Source: Cyanophyceae cyanobacterium (GTDB lineage Bacteria; Cyanobacteriota; Cyanobacteriia; Cyanobacteriales; Laspinemataceae). Taken from it: a stretch of 64,000 nt of DNA. Both the position numbers and the translations under genes were made by a program. Shown here one piece after another: positions 30,853-41,202 of the stretch. The stretch lies in assembly GCA_038321985.1 (NCBI GenBank), contig JBBQFN010000002.1, forward strand, positions 288,001 to 352,000, in the 5' to 3' direction. The stretch's first letter is position 1. Every line of letters starts with the position of its first letter. The notes beneath the pieces are model-generated. The model made no database searches and was not told where the DNA came from. It saw only the letters and a program-made list of their open reading frames with translations.

Positions 30853-31701
30853 ATGCACCAAGTCGTTTACAAAAAAATTCAAGCAAATCAAGTCAATCAA
30901 TCGGATAAAAAGCCTTTTGTAGTTTTCAACAATGTTTCTAAAACTTATAAAAGCTCGCGAGGTTCTCACACGGTTTTAAAAGATGTCAATTTAACCGTTA
31001 ATCGGGGTGAATTTATTTGTGTAATCGGTCATTCTGGCTGTGGAAAATCCACCTTGTTAAATATGGTTTCTGGGTTTAATACCCCCTCTACAGGTTCGGT
31101 GACAGTGGGTGGAGAACCTGTTACTGAACCAGGACCCGATCGCATGGTGGTTTTCCAAAATTATGCCCTCTTGCCTTGGTTAACAGCGTTTGAAAATGTC
31201 TATCTCGGGGTTAATGAGGTTTATCCCAAAAAATCAAAACTGGAAAAAGAGGCGATCGTCAAAGATCATTTAGCGATGGTCGGTTTAAGCGAAGCGGCAG
31301 ATAAAAAACCCAAGCAAATTTCTGGGGGGATGCGTCAACGGGTTTCCATTGCCCGCGCTTTGGCAATTCGTCCGAAAGTGCTGATTTTAGATGAACCTTT
31401 TGGGGCTTTGGATGCAATTACTAAGGAGGAATTACAAGAGGAATTATTGAAAATTTGGAACGATCATCGCTGTACAGTATTAATGATTACTCACGATATT
31501 GATGAGGCGTTATTTTTGGCGGATAAATTGGTGATGATGACCAATGGCCCCGAAGCAAAAGTAGGCGAAATTATGGAAATTCCTTTCCCCCGTCCTCGCG
31601 ATCGCGAGCGCATTATGGAAGATCCCTTATATTACGATTTGCGTAACTACGCTTTGGACTTCCTTTATAACCGTTTTGCCCACGATGACACTAAGGATTA
31701 A
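30853..31701 (+). CDS. cmpD: Bicarbonate ABC transporter ATP-binding subunit CmpD
   Basis: GHSGCGKST, ISGGMRQ, ILDEPFGALD, C-terminal YALDFLYNRFAH. Confidence 0.88.
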   Translation: MHQVVYKKIQANQVNQSDKKPFVVFNNVSKTYKSSRGSHTVLKDVNLTVNRGEFICVIGHSGCGKSTLLNMVSGFNTPSTGSVTVGGEPVTEPGPDRMVVFQNYALLPWLTAFENVYLGVNEVYPKKSKLEKEAIVKDHLAMVGLSEAADKKPKQISGGMRQRVSIARALAIRPKVLILDEPFGALDAITKEELQEELLKIWNDHRCTVLMITHDIDEALFLADKLVMMTNGPEAKVGEIMEIPFPRPRDRERIMEDPLYYDLRNYALDFLYNRFAHDDTKD

Positions 31702-31797
31702 CGGTTTCTAACCCCCACTGTCCCGGTCCTCTAGATTAATCAGGAGTAGTGCATATATAGTGCGTCTCAATCATGATGATTTTAAAATTTAGTTAGA

Positions 31798-31840
31798 AGT
31801 GGGAGTACCTTCCTTATCGTAGGAACAAGATACTCCCACT
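31798..31840. terminator. Hairpin between convergent cmpD and the ssb-like gene
   Basis: AGTGGGAGTA...TACTCCCACT inverted repeat. Confidence 0.5.
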
Positions 31841-31899
31841 CCTGAAGCCTCGGTTTCTAACTCCTATTGTGGCAATACTCTCGCCGATCGCCCTTCTAT

Positions 31900-32430
31900 C
31901 TAAAACGGAATTTCATCCTCTGGTTCATCAACCGGCGGCTCTTTATAATAGGTTTTTGCAGGGGGTGGAGATACCTTAGCTGCGCCGGTAGGTTCCGATG
32001 GCGCGGGGGTATGTGCCTCCGGCGATCGCCCTTTGTCCGTTGCAGCCGGGGCAGTGGATCTGCGCGATTCTAATGGCACTACATTAGTTGCCGGAGTTGC
32101 CTTACCGGGGGATGATGCACCCTCGCTTTGTTCCCCTATACTGTGAATGCGTTGTGCGACTAATTCCGCCCGTTTCTCCTTAAATCCTTCGGGACGTTCT
32201 ACCGTATTCATACTCAAGCGACCTTCAATCACCACCCGATCGCCGACGCGATAACGGCTGTGAAGTTCTTGGGCGAAATTTCCCCATCCAATCACTTTTA
32301 AATTAGAGGGCGGATCGCTTTCCCGATAACTGGGAAACTCCACCAACATTTCTGCGATCGCCAAGTTGTCACTGGTATAACGCAATTGCGGTTCTTGGAT
32401 GATTTGTGCCATTAAAATGCAGTTATTCAT
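31900..32430 (-). CDS. Single-stranded DNA-binding protein paralog (Ycf41/Slr1034-like)
   Basis: MNNCILMA..PQLRYT, KVIGWGN, GDRVVIEGRL, KEKRAEL, acidic C-terminal DEIPF. Confidence 0.88.
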   Translation of the reverse strand: MNNCILMAQIIQEPQLRYTSDNLAIAEMLVEFPSYRESDPPSNLKVIGWGNFAQELHSRYRVGDRVVIEGRLSMNTVERPEGFKEKRAELVAQRIHSIGEQSEGASSPGKATPATNVVPLESRRSTAPAATDKGRSPEAHTPAPSEPTGAAKVSPPPAKTYYKEPPVDEPEDEIPF

Positions 32431-32677
32431 AATCTCTGTTGTGTTAACTAGACCTTCCTCAAACGAAACCCGGTAAAAGCAAAATGAATTTCATCCTTCC
32501 TGGATTAATCTCTCTTGATTTTGCTTTCTGTTTCCTGTGCTTTCATCAATTATATCCGGCAGTGCGGCCCCTGTCCTACCCACCCGGGCGATTCTCCCTC
32601 GGGGAGAGGCGATGCGATCGCACTAAAAAGACGCCCCTAAGGGCGTCTCTTAACATAACATCAAAGCAGTCCCCGCC

Positions 32678-35212
32678 TTAACTGTCCATAATCATTTCAC
32701 CTCCCTCCTGTTGCTGGACGAAATCCTGGACGTACTTGCGGTACTGCATCAACGAGGCATCCACCCACTCGCGATCGGCACTGTTGGCGAAAATATGAAC
32801 CATCGGTTCTCCGGCGTCAGGCAAAATCAACACCCAACTATCATCATGAGGGCGATCAAAAATCTTCACCCCATCGATCAACTCCAAATTATCTGCGGGG
32901 TGTGTTTCTACCAGATGACGCATCAACGCCCCCTTCACCGTCCAAGGACAGCGTACTGTCTGAGTTTTATGGCAAACTCGGGGGACTTCAGAACGAACCT
33001 GTCCCAGAGATTGCTCTTGCACAGTCAGCATCTCAATCGCCTTCGCGATACAGAACATGGCATCAAATCCCGGATGCAGTTCCGGGAAAATAAAGCCCAT
33101 ATCCCCACTGCCACCTAACACCACATTCGGATTAGTATGACAGGCTTCCATTAACGCGGTGGGATTGGCTTTGGTGCGAATCACCTTGCCATCATGGCGA
33201 CGGGCAATATGCTCTACTGCGGATGAAGCATGAACAGGCACGACGACGGTACTGCGTGGGTTTGTGGTCAAAATCATGTGAACCATCACCGCAGTTAACA
33301 ACTCCCCTCGGATGGAACTGCCGCTTTCGTCTACCAAAATTAATAATTCCCCGTTTGCCGAGACTTGTGCGCCAAAGTTAGCGCGCAGGGCTTCCACCAC
33401 CTGGCCCAGTTGTAGAAGTAAATTCTCCCGTTCTTCGTTCACAGGTGCCATCTGACTCAAACTGGCATTCAGAACCACTGCATCTGAGCCAAATTTGGCT
33501 AAAAGCTGCGGTAACACCGCCCCGGATACGGCGTAAGCGTAATCGATTACCACTTTGGAGTTACTATATCGAATCGCTTCTACATTCAGGTGTTTTTCAA
33601 AGCCGGTACTGTACAGATCCAGCACTTGACTGGGGTACGCCATATTCCCAATTTCTTGAATCTGAGCGCGCCGAAAATCTTCTTTAAAATACGCCCCCTC
33701 GATTTTCTTCTCCCGCGCTTTGGAGATATTGATGCCTTTATTATCAAAAAACTCAATCAGCAATGAATCCGGGCGTTCCGGGTGCAAGCGAACATGAAGT
33801 CCGCCCTCCACAGAGAGGGTAGGAACAATATAGCGGGCGACGGGTATCGCTGTAGCTTCCAAGTTTTGAACATGAGTACCGACGGACATCAATCCGGCAA
33901 TTAAGGACCGGGAAACCATGCGGGAGATGCTGCGTTGGTCTCGGGATACGGTAATGCTGGCCCCGGGTTGCAGGGTAGACCCGTAAGCGGCCCCTAATTT
34001 CACGGCAAATTCCGGGGTGATATCGATGTTGGCGAGTCCAGAAACCCCCCGTTGGGCGAAGAGATTGCGTTGGGCAGCTTGACCCCAAATTAAATTAATG
34101 TTGAGGGTAGCACCGGATTCAATTTTTTTGCTAGGCCAGACGCGAACACCGGGGCTGATTTGGGCTTCTTCCCCCACGGTGGAGAGGGACCCAACGACGG
34201 CTCCTTCTAGGACATGAGCACGGCGGTCTACCCGAACACCTCGACCGGCTACACAGGCTCGTAAATGAGCTTCATCGCCAATGATTGCGCCGTTCCAAAC
34301 GATGGGTCGTTTGAGGTCGGCATCGGCACCGATGGTGACGTTATCGCCGAGGACGGTGCCCGATTCAAGTTTGGCCCTGGCACCGATGCGGCAGTTATTA
34401 CCAATGACGACAGGGGTTTCGATTTTGGCGGTGGGGTCGATAAAGGTGTTTTGACCGATCCACAGGCCGGGCGATCGCAATTCGTAGGCAAAGTCTAGCT
34501 TGACTTTTTCCATCAAGCCATCATATTGCGATTCCCGATAGGCATCTAAGTGTCCGACATCACACCAGTACCCTTCGGCGACATAGCCATACATGGGGTC
34601 GCCTTTTTTCAGCAACAGGGGAAATAAATCTTGGGAAAAGTCGCTTTCTTGATTAGCCGGTAAATAATCCAGGACCTCGGGTTCTAGGATATAGATGCCA
34701 GTGTTGACCGTATCGGAAAAAATTTCACTGGTTGAGGGTTTTTCTAAAAATCGTTGAATTCGCAGTTGGTCATCGGTAATAACGACCCCAAATTCCACGG
34801 GGTTAGGAACCCGGGTTAATACTAAGGTTGCTTTCGATCCCTTCTCTTTATGAAATTTAATCGCTGCGGTGAGGTCAAAGTCGGTGATGCTGTCGCCGCT
34901 AATCACTAAGAAGGTTTCATCCAGAAGTTCGGCGATATTTTTGACGCATCCAGCAGTTCCTAGGGGTTGGTCTTCTTCAACGGCATAGGTCATTTGAACG
35001 CCAAATTCGCTACCGTCTTGGAAGTAATCCCGCATAACGTCGGGCAGGTAGTGCAGGGTGGCAATAATTTCGGTAATGTTGTGCCGTCTAAGCAGATTGA
35101 CAATGTGTTCGGCGATGGGTCGATTGATAATGGGTACCATCGGTTTGGGTAAATCACAGGTCAGAGGTCTGAGCCTGGTTCCTGAACCGCCCGCCATCAG
35201 CACTGCTCGCAT
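32678..35212 (-). CDS. Mannose-1-phosphate guanylyltransferase fused to a phosphomannomutase-like domain
   Basis: MRAVLMAGGSGTRLRPLT, PKPMVP, hexapeptide beta-helix region, C-terminal PGM/PMM-like fold. Confidence 0.9.
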   Translation of the reverse strand: MRAVLMAGGSGTRLRPLTCDLPKPMVPIINRPIAEHIVNLLRRHNITEIIATLHYLPDVMRDYFQDGSEFGVQMTYAVEEDQPLGTAGCVKNIAELLDETFLVISGDSITDFDLTAAIKFHKEKGSKATLVLTRVPNPVEFGVVITDDQLRIQRFLEKPSTSEIFSDTVNTGIYILEPEVLDYLPANQESDFSQDLFPLLLKKGDPMYGYVAEGYWCDVGHLDAYRESQYDGLMEKVKLDFAYELRSPGLWIGQNTFIDPTAKIETPVVIGNNCRIGARAKLESGTVLGDNVTIGADADLKRPIVWNGAIIGDEAHLRACVAGRGVRVDRRAHVLEGAVVGSLSTVGEEAQISPGVRVWPSKKIESGATLNINLIWGQAAQRNLFAQRGVSGLANIDITPEFAVKLGAAYGSTLQPGASITVSRDQRSISRMVSRSLIAGLMSVGTHVQNLEATAIPVARYIVPTLSVEGGLHVRLHPERPDSLLIEFFDNKGINISKAREKKIEGAYFKEDFRRAQIQEIGNMAYPSQVLDLYSTGFEKHLNVEAIRYSNSKVVIDYAYAVSGAVLPQLLAKFGSDAVVLNASLSQMAPVNEERENLLLQLGQVVEALRANFGAQVSANGELLILVDESGSSIRGELLTAVMVHMILTTNPRSTVVVPVHASSAVEHIARRHDGKVIRTKANPTALMEACHTNPNVVLGGSGDMGFIFPELHPGFDAMFCIAKAIEMLTVQEQSLGQVRSEVPRVCHKTQTVRCPWTVKGALMRHLVETHPADNLELIDGVKIFDRPHDDSWVLILPDAGEPMVHIFANSADREWVDASLMQYRKYVQDFVQQQEGGEMIMDS

Positions 35213-35915
35213 AATTCCTCCTGAATCATTTTTATTTTATGGTGCAGTCGCATCGTTGCAGTTAGTAACGTGCGACCGTTTGTCGTACTCTAGTATCCTA
35301 TGCCACTCCCACAGCTTCAGAGCTTTATGAGCCATCGCCTTGACCTCCCCACTGTCCAGAATTTGTGCAGTAGGGTTGGTGTTGAACTCTTTTTGGCGCT
35401 CTTGATTTGGCTGTGATCACTGGTGTTGGCGGTTTTATTTGTGCTTTACAGATTTAATCGTTGTCTAGAGGGTATCCCCCTGTCTCCACCCTGGAGATAG
35501 ATGTTGGGATCCCATTTCAGAAATCCTTCGCGATCGCCGGTTCACGGAGTTTTGAGCCGATTAGCAAGTTGATCTGTGTCCCTATCCCCACCGGCGATCG
35601 CTGCAAATTCTGACCGATGACGGATCCGGCGGCTGGGTCTTTTTCCCCCCTCATCCCTTCCGATGATTCGTTGGGGCTGGATTAATATCAATGCTTCTTT
35701 TCATGACTCGACAAGCCGTATTCTTACAAGGCAGATGGATAGTTGAGGGAGGTAGCAAAATTTAACTTTTCCCCGCAATTGCGATCGCTGCTGTTGATAC
35801 TCTTTATCACCGATACCACAAAACGCGCTCCAACACTGCCACCGAGATAACAAACCCCACAAAATCATCCCCCGGCGATCGCATCTATCCCCTAAATTCC
35901 CCTAACTCGGGTCAA

Positions 35916-35955
35916 ACTCACTCTATGCTAACGCGATCAGTAGCATAGAGTGAGT
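35916..35955. repeat. Perfect 15-bp inverted repeat with a 10-nt loop
   Basis: ACTCACTCTATGCTA-ACGCGATCAG-TAGCATAGAGTGAGT. Confidence 0.8.
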
Positions 35956-36087
35956 GCGATCGAGTAACCTTAAAAATAGAAGTGGTTCATTTCGCCACTT
36001 TTAAGAATTGCCGTTGAGGTCGCCCAGAGGCTGAGGGGCCTATGGGCGACCTGAAATCCAACATTGACGCTTAGGGGACTAAAGACG

Positions 36088-36270
36088 ATGATGCAGTTAG
36101 TGGGTTTGGCCTTCCTGGTTCTATATGCTGCTGGAGGTTGGAAGTTCTGGAAGGGCTTTAGACGGACCAATTTTACAGAGGGTCGTCTGTATTTAACCCT
36201 GTTGTGGCCGGTTTTGGTGGTGAATAAGTCTTACCGCAAGAATTTTACCAAGGCCCTTAAAGGTCGCTAG
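36088..36270 (+). CDS. Small membrane hypothetical protein
   Basis: Hydrophobic N-terminus, GGWKFWKGFRRTNF, LLWP, SYRKNFTKALKG. Confidence 0.75.
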   Translation: MMQLVGLAFLVLYAAGGWKFWKGFRRTNFTEGRLYLTLLWPVLVVNKSYRKNFTKALKGR

Positions 36271-36334
36271 TGCCCCACAGCCTCCCGATCCGAAGCGGGT
36301 AAAATAATCAGGCCAATCCTAGGGATAATGGTTC

Positions 36335-37057
36335 ATGTCTAAAGTGCCGAATAGTAGTCCGCCTAATGCCGATTTTTCAGGGTCAGACCCCTGGCAAACG
36401 CGGCTTTCTCCTGTGGCGTCTCGCTTTAATCAGGAGTATCGGGGGGATCCAGTTGAACTCCCGCCCGAGGTGGAGTCGATGCCAATTTTTCACGATCGCG
36501 TTTCAGGTTCCTTACAAGCGACTCAGGTTTCTCCTTTCTGGGAGATTGCTCAACCTAAAAAAAATCAGCGCTGTCTGGATATTGGCTGTGGGGTCAGTTT
36601 CTTAGTCTATCCTTGGCGGGATTGGGGGGCTTACTTTTACGGACATGAGATTAGTACGGTTGCTCGGGATGCGCTCAATTCTCGGGGTCCCCAGCTTAAT
36701 TCTAAGTTGTTTAAAGGGGTTGCCGTAGGCCCGGCTCATCGCTTAATTTATGAGGAAAATACCTTCGATCTAGCGATCGCCACGGGGTTTAGTTGCTATT
36801 ATCCCTTAGCTTATTGGGCAGATGTACTCTCTCAAGTGCAGCGGGTTTTAAAACCGGAGGGGACTTTTGTTTTTGATGTTCTCAATCCAGAGGCAGACCT
36901 CGCCGAAAATTGGGCAATTTTAGAAATGTATCTGGGTACTGAGGTATTTTTAGAACCCCTCACTGAGTGGGAAAAACTCCTAAAAGAGTCTGGCTGTAAA
37001 GTGGTGAAGCGATCGCCAGGAAAGCTCTTTTCCATGTATAAAGTTAGATTTGAATAA
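36335..37057 (+). CDS. Class I SAM-dependent methyltransferase
   Basis: CLDIGCG motif I, FDLAIA, RVLKPEG. Confidence 0.88.
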   Translation: MSKVPNSSPPNADFSGSDPWQTRLSPVASRFNQEYRGDPVELPPEVESMPIFHDRVSGSLQATQVSPFWEIAQPKKNQRCLDIGCGVSFLVYPWRDWGAYFYGHEISTVARDALNSRGPQLNSKLFKGVAVGPAHRLIYEENTFDLAIATGFSCYYPLAYWADVLSQVQRVLKPEGTFVFDVLNPEADLAENWAILEMYLGTEVFLEPLTEWEKLLKESGCKVVKRSPGKLFSMYKVRFE

Positions 37058-37166
37058 TCCCGCAGCCCGCAGCCTCAAGGCTGATCCGAGCCGAAGCCCA
37101 GCAAGCGCGGGCTGCCCTTAAAATAGCACTTGCTCCCGTAGAATTTTGCATAATCTGCCCCGAGTT

Positions 37167-37988
37167 ATGACAGTTACTCCGTCCATTTGGCTGATTGGCG
37201 GTACGAGGGAAAGCCGGGAATTAGCCCAGCTTCTTGCCTTAGAACACCTCCCCTGTACGATTTCGGTAACGACAGAAGCGGCGCGATCGCTGTATCCCTC
37301 GGATCCGATGTTGCAAGTTTGGGTGGGCCAGTTAGATGGCGATCGCATTTCAAATTTTCTCACTTCACACCAGATTGTTGCCATCTTAGATGCTTCTCAC
37401 CCTTATGCCACTCAAATCTCACAACTAGCCATAATAACTGCCACTAAGTATAGTCTCTCCTACTTGCGCTATGAACGAGCCTCTGTAATAGACTCACATT
37501 TTATAGGTACTCCCTCTATTAAAAACGACTCAATTCTTAGCCTGTCCAGCTTTGAAACCTTAATTGAGGGAAACTATTTAGCCGGAGAGCGAGTATTACT
37601 AACGACCGGATATCGCACATTATCCCTGTTTCAACCCTGGCAGGAACACTCGCACCTGTATGCGCGGGTTCTCCCGGCAGTCGCGTCCCTAGAAGCGGCT
37701 TTAGCTGCTGGATTCACCCCCGATCGCCTCTTGGCAATCCGCCCCCCTATTTCCCTCGAATTAGAACGGGCACTCTGGCAGCAGTGGCAAATTACCCTAG
37801 TCGTGAGCAAAGCATCGGGGACCCCAGGGGGAGAACCGAGCAAACGCCAGCTTGCAAAAGAACTCGGCATCCAACTAATCCTGATTGATCGACCGACAAT
37901 CACTTATCCTCATCAAACCGATGACATATCCCTTGCTGTAGCATTTTGTCGCGCTCAATTGTGCGATGTCATCAAGTTTCCCCCCTAA
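37167..37988 (+). CDS. cbiJ: Cobalt-precorrin-6A reductase (CbiJ/CobK)
   Basis: IWLIGGTRES, ILDASHPYA, YLRYER, VVSKASG, LIDRP. Confidence 0.9.
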   Translation: MTVTPSIWLIGGTRESRELAQLLALEHLPCTISVTTEAARSLYPSDPMLQVWVGQLDGDRISNFLTSHQIVAILDASHPYATQISQLAIITATKYSLSYLRYERASVIDSHFIGTPSIKNDSILSLSSFETLIEGNYLAGERVLLTTGYRTLSLFQPWQEHSHLYARVLPAVASLEAALAAGFTPDRLLAIRPPISLELERALWQQWQITLVVSKASGTPGGEPSKRQLAKELGIQLILIDRPTITYPHQTDDISLAVAFCRAQLCDVIKFPP

Positions 37989-38118
37989 TCCCTCAAAGAA
38001 GGAAAATCCCACTCCCTGGGTCAAATCAGAAAGTAACTTGATGCGACAACTGGATATAAAGTAAGCGAAAATGAAAAAAGACGCAATCCGCGTCGAAGTA
38101 AAAAAATTGAGTAGATTT

Positions 38119-39423
38119 ATGGCTAAAGTTCTTATTGAAAACGTTTACAAAAGTTATGGCGATCGCCGGGAAAAACCAACGCCAGCCCCTGCCGAGGGAA
38201 TGTTGCTTACCGATGACACCTCCACCGCCACTTCAAAAGCTGCCCAGATTTTGCGACGAATTAACCTCACGGTAGAAGATGGGGAATTTATGGTTTTGGT
38301 GGGACCGTCAGGATGTGGCAAAAGTACCCTGTTGCGCTTAATTGCTGGACTCGAAGAATTAACCGCCGGGAATATTTGGGTAGGCGACAGCCTCTTGAAT
38401 GACCTCCCTCCCAAGGACCGGGATATTGCAATGGTCTTTCAAAACTACGCCCTCTACCCCCACCTCAAAGTTTATGACAATATTGCCTTTGGGTTGCGGC
38501 GAACGATGGTGATGAATGACCCTGGATCTGAGGCAACATCGGTCCACAAGGATGCTGCCTCGGTCCCCAAGTGGGCGGAAGATGCCTTAGTCTCCATGAC
38601 GCGAAGTCTGCCCAAACCCCTGCGTTATCTTTCACCCAAAGAACGGGAGGTGGACAAGCGGGTGAGAACCGTGGCGGGGTTACTCCAAATTGAAGGGTTG
38701 CTCGATCGCCTGCCGAAACAACTCTCCGGGGGTCAAAAGCAACGGGTGGCCCTAGGACGCGCCATGGCCCGGAATCCCCAGGTCTTTTTAATGGATGAAC
38801 CCCTTTCTAATTTAGATGCCAAACTGCGGGCGGAAACTCGAAGTCAAATTGTCAAGTTGCAGCGTCAGTTAGGAACGACCACAATTTATGTTACCCACGA
38901 TCAAACGGAAGCGATGACGATGGGCGATCGCATTGCCGTGATGAATGCCGGACAAATTCAACAAATTGCTGCGCCACTCGAACTCTATCATCGCCCTGCT
39001 AATTTGTTTGTGGCTGAATTTATCGGATCACCGCCCATGAACTTTATTCCGGTACAGCTTAAAGCCCCGTTATCGATCACCCATGACTCGTTTCGGTTTA
39101 CCTTGCCGGAATATTGGGGGGCGGCGTTACAAGGGTATGACGGGCGATCGCTGATTTTAGGGATTCGTCCCGAACATCTGAGTGTGAGTCCAGCCGCGAC
39201 TAAAAATATGAAGGTGAAGGTTGATTTGGTCGAAGCCTTGGGTTCGGAGACCTATATCGTGGGAACTCTTCTGGGGCATGACCTGCCTAAACCGATCCAG
39301 GCGCGGATCGAACCGGATTGGATGGTGCATCCGGGAGAGGAGATTTGGTTGGCGATCGCCCCGGAAAAAATTCACCTATTTGACTCGTCCACGGGAAGGG
39401 CAATCTTTGCCCGTGACCGTTGA
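38119..39423 (+). CDS. Sugar ABC transporter ATP-binding protein (MalK/UgpC family)
   Basis: GPSGCGKST, AMVFQNYALYPH, LSGGQKQR, LMDEPLSNLDA, GIRPE, TOBE-like C-terminus. Confidence 0.9.
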   Translation: MAKVLIENVYKSYGDRREKPTPAPAEGMLLTDDTSTATSKAAQILRRINLTVEDGEFMVLVGPSGCGKSTLLRLIAGLEELTAGNIWVGDSLLNDLPPKDRDIAMVFQNYALYPHLKVYDNIAFGLRRTMVMNDPGSEATSVHKDAASVPKWAEDALVSMTRSLPKPLRYLSPKEREVDKRVRTVAGLLQIEGLLDRLPKQLSGGQKQRVALGRAMARNPQVFLMDEPLSNLDAKLRAETRSQIVKLQRQLGTTTIYVTHDQTEAMTMGDRIAVMNAGQIQQIAAPLELYHRPANLFVAEFIGSPPMNFIPVQLKAPLSITHDSFRFTLPEYWGAALQGYDGRSLILGIRPEHLSVSPAATKNMKVKVDLVEALGSETYIVGTLLGHDLPKPIQARIEPDWMVHPGEEIWLAIAPEKIHLFDSSTGRAIFARDR

Positions 39424-39575
39424 GGGCGCATTTAGAGGGACTGGATTGATGGCCGACTTAGGGCGACTGCCCTGCCTTGTCCCCGACCGCTCTGCATAAA
39501 ATTGTCAAATTAGCAAAAAATTGTTACAATTTTTAATGAAACGGGACAAATGTTTATGAATTGGAGTTTAATTTC

Positions 39576-39731
39576 ATGATAGAACCACAAAAGCGCAATC
39601 AATGGAATTGGGGATTTACGCCGAGTGCAGAAAACTGGAACGGTCGTTTCGCAATGATTGGATTTATTTCTGCGGTCGTACTTGAACTTGCCACAGGTCA
39701 AGGGGTTTTACACTTTTTAGGGATCATCTAA
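39576..39731 (+). CDS. hli: High-light-inducible protein (HLIP / CAB-like), 51 aa
   Basis: Hand translation [51 protein letters not shown] with the ExxNGRxAMxG chlorophyll-binding motif; GGAG RBS; absent from the ORF track. Confidence 0.95.
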   Translation: MIEPQKRNQWNWGFTPSAENWNGRFAMIGFISAVVLELATGQGVLHFLGII

Positions 39732-39762
39732 GCCGGTTACTGCTATAAGTGAGCGGAAATTA

Positions 39763-39801
39763 AAAAATAGGGGGGACTTTCCATGGGAACCCCCTATTTT
39801 T
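39763..39801. terminator. Intrinsic terminator after hli
   Basis: AAAAATAGGGGG...CCCCCTATTTTT stem. Confidence 0.7.
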
Positions 39802-40038
39802 GGGAGCAGATAAATTATCCCTTTTAAATAGACTTCTTACTTAAATCTCTTCAGCCCCTGTGGAACAAAATCTTAATTCCTCTGACTCCCCCGTTGCGAA
39901 AGGGGGGATGGGGGGATTGATCCAGAATGATGTAAAAGGTTTAATATCGGATATTAGCCAGACCCGGCGATCGCAGTTTGAACCGGAGGAATTAGAGACG
40001 CGATAATTGATCGCGTCTCCCGGATTTAGGGCGATCGC

Positions 40039-41202
40039 CTAACGGATGTACTCTTTCAGAATGCTATTGCGATTAGGATGGCGCAACTTCCGCAACGCTT
40101 TGGCCTCTATTTGACGAATGCGTTCGCGGGTGACATTAAAGATTTGCCCAATTTCTTCTAAAGTTTTCATGCGGCCATCATCTAAACCGTAGCGTAGCCG
40201 CAAAACGTCACGTTCCCGAGGGCTAAGGGTATCCAGAACGCTTTCGAGATCTTCGCGTAACAGGTTTTTCGAGACCTGATCTTCTGGAGTTTCCCCATCG
40301 GATTCAATAAAATCGCCCAGTCTAGAATCTTCTTCTTTACCAATTGGGGTTTCCAGAGAAATGGGTAATTGAGCCGATTTCGCAATAAATCTCAACTTTT
40401 CGATGGTCATTTCCATGCGAGTTGCGATTTCTTCTTCCGTAGGTTTCCGCCCCATTTCTTGGGACAAAAGTTTGGTGGTTTTTTTAATCCGGGAGATGGT
40501 TTCGTAAAGATGAACGGGAAGGCGAATGGTCCGGGACTGATCCGCGATCGCCCGGGTAATCGCCTGCCGAATCCACCAAGTCGCGTATGTCGAGAATTTA
40601 TAACCCTTTTCGTGATCAAACTTTTCGGCAGCCCTGATCAAACCCAGACTTCCTTCTTGAATCAAATCTTGAAACGAGAGTCCCCGATTCATGTATTTTT
40701 TGGCGATCGACACGACCAGACGCAGGTTTGACTGCACCATCTTATCCTTGGCCCGTCTCCCGGAATGAAGCCGATGGCGAAACTGACCCAAGGTCATACT
40801 CACCGCATCTGCCCATTCGGCATCGTAGGGTTCTCGTTGCAAGTGATCGTACAGATGTTCGCGAATCCGCTCTAATTCTAGCAAGTCGGCAATTTTGCGA
40901 GCCAGTTCAATTTCTTCATCTGCACGTAACAGTCTAATGCGACCAATTTCTTGCAAATACAGACGAATAGAGTCTTCCGTATAATGCTTCTTCTTCGTTT
41001 GAGTCCGGCGACGAGTTGCCCGGCCCTTTGTCGCTTTGCCCTCTTCGTCTTCTGAGACCGCCCCTAAAAATTCATCCTCATCGATGGATACGAGAGGTTC
41101 ATCATCTGCCTCAATTAATATTTCTAAATCATGCTGAGATTGACCGATGGATTTGATATCGGTATTCTCAATAGGTGCCAGTACGTTATTAGCCTGGGTC
41201 AT
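40039..41202 (-). CDS. sigA: Principal RNA polymerase sigma factor SigA (RpoD)
   Basis: [74 protein letters not shown] at 41202 (MTQAN). Confidence 0.97.
   Translation of the reverse strand: MTQANNVLAPIENTDIKSIGQSQHDLEILIEADDEPLVSIDEDEFLGAVSEDEEGKATKGRATRRRTQTKKKHYTEDSIRLYLQEIGRIRLLRADEEIELARKIADLLELERIREHLYDHLQREPYDAEWADAVSMTLGQFRHRLHSGRRAKDKMVQSNLRLVVSIAKKYMNRGLSFQDLIQEGSLGLIRAAEKFDHEKGYKFSTYATWWIRQAITRAIADQSRTIRLPVHLYETISRIKKTTKLLSQEMGRKPTEEEIATRMEMTIEKLRFIAKSAQLPISLETPIGKEEDSRLGDFIESDGETPEDQVSKNLLREDLESVLDTLSPRERDVLRLRYGLDDGRMKTLEEIGQIFNVTRERIRQIEAKALRKLRHPNRNSILKEYIR

Noticed and set aside
26320..31701. nrtABCD nitrate transporter call
   Set aside because: Binding-protein motifs match CmpA, and no nitrate-assimilation genes are adjacent
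39830..39943. Possible degenerate MITE (TAGACTTCTTAC...GTAAAAGGTTTA) with an internal C/G-run hairpin
   Set aside because: Ends match only 9/12 and I could not establish a target duplication; too decayed to call
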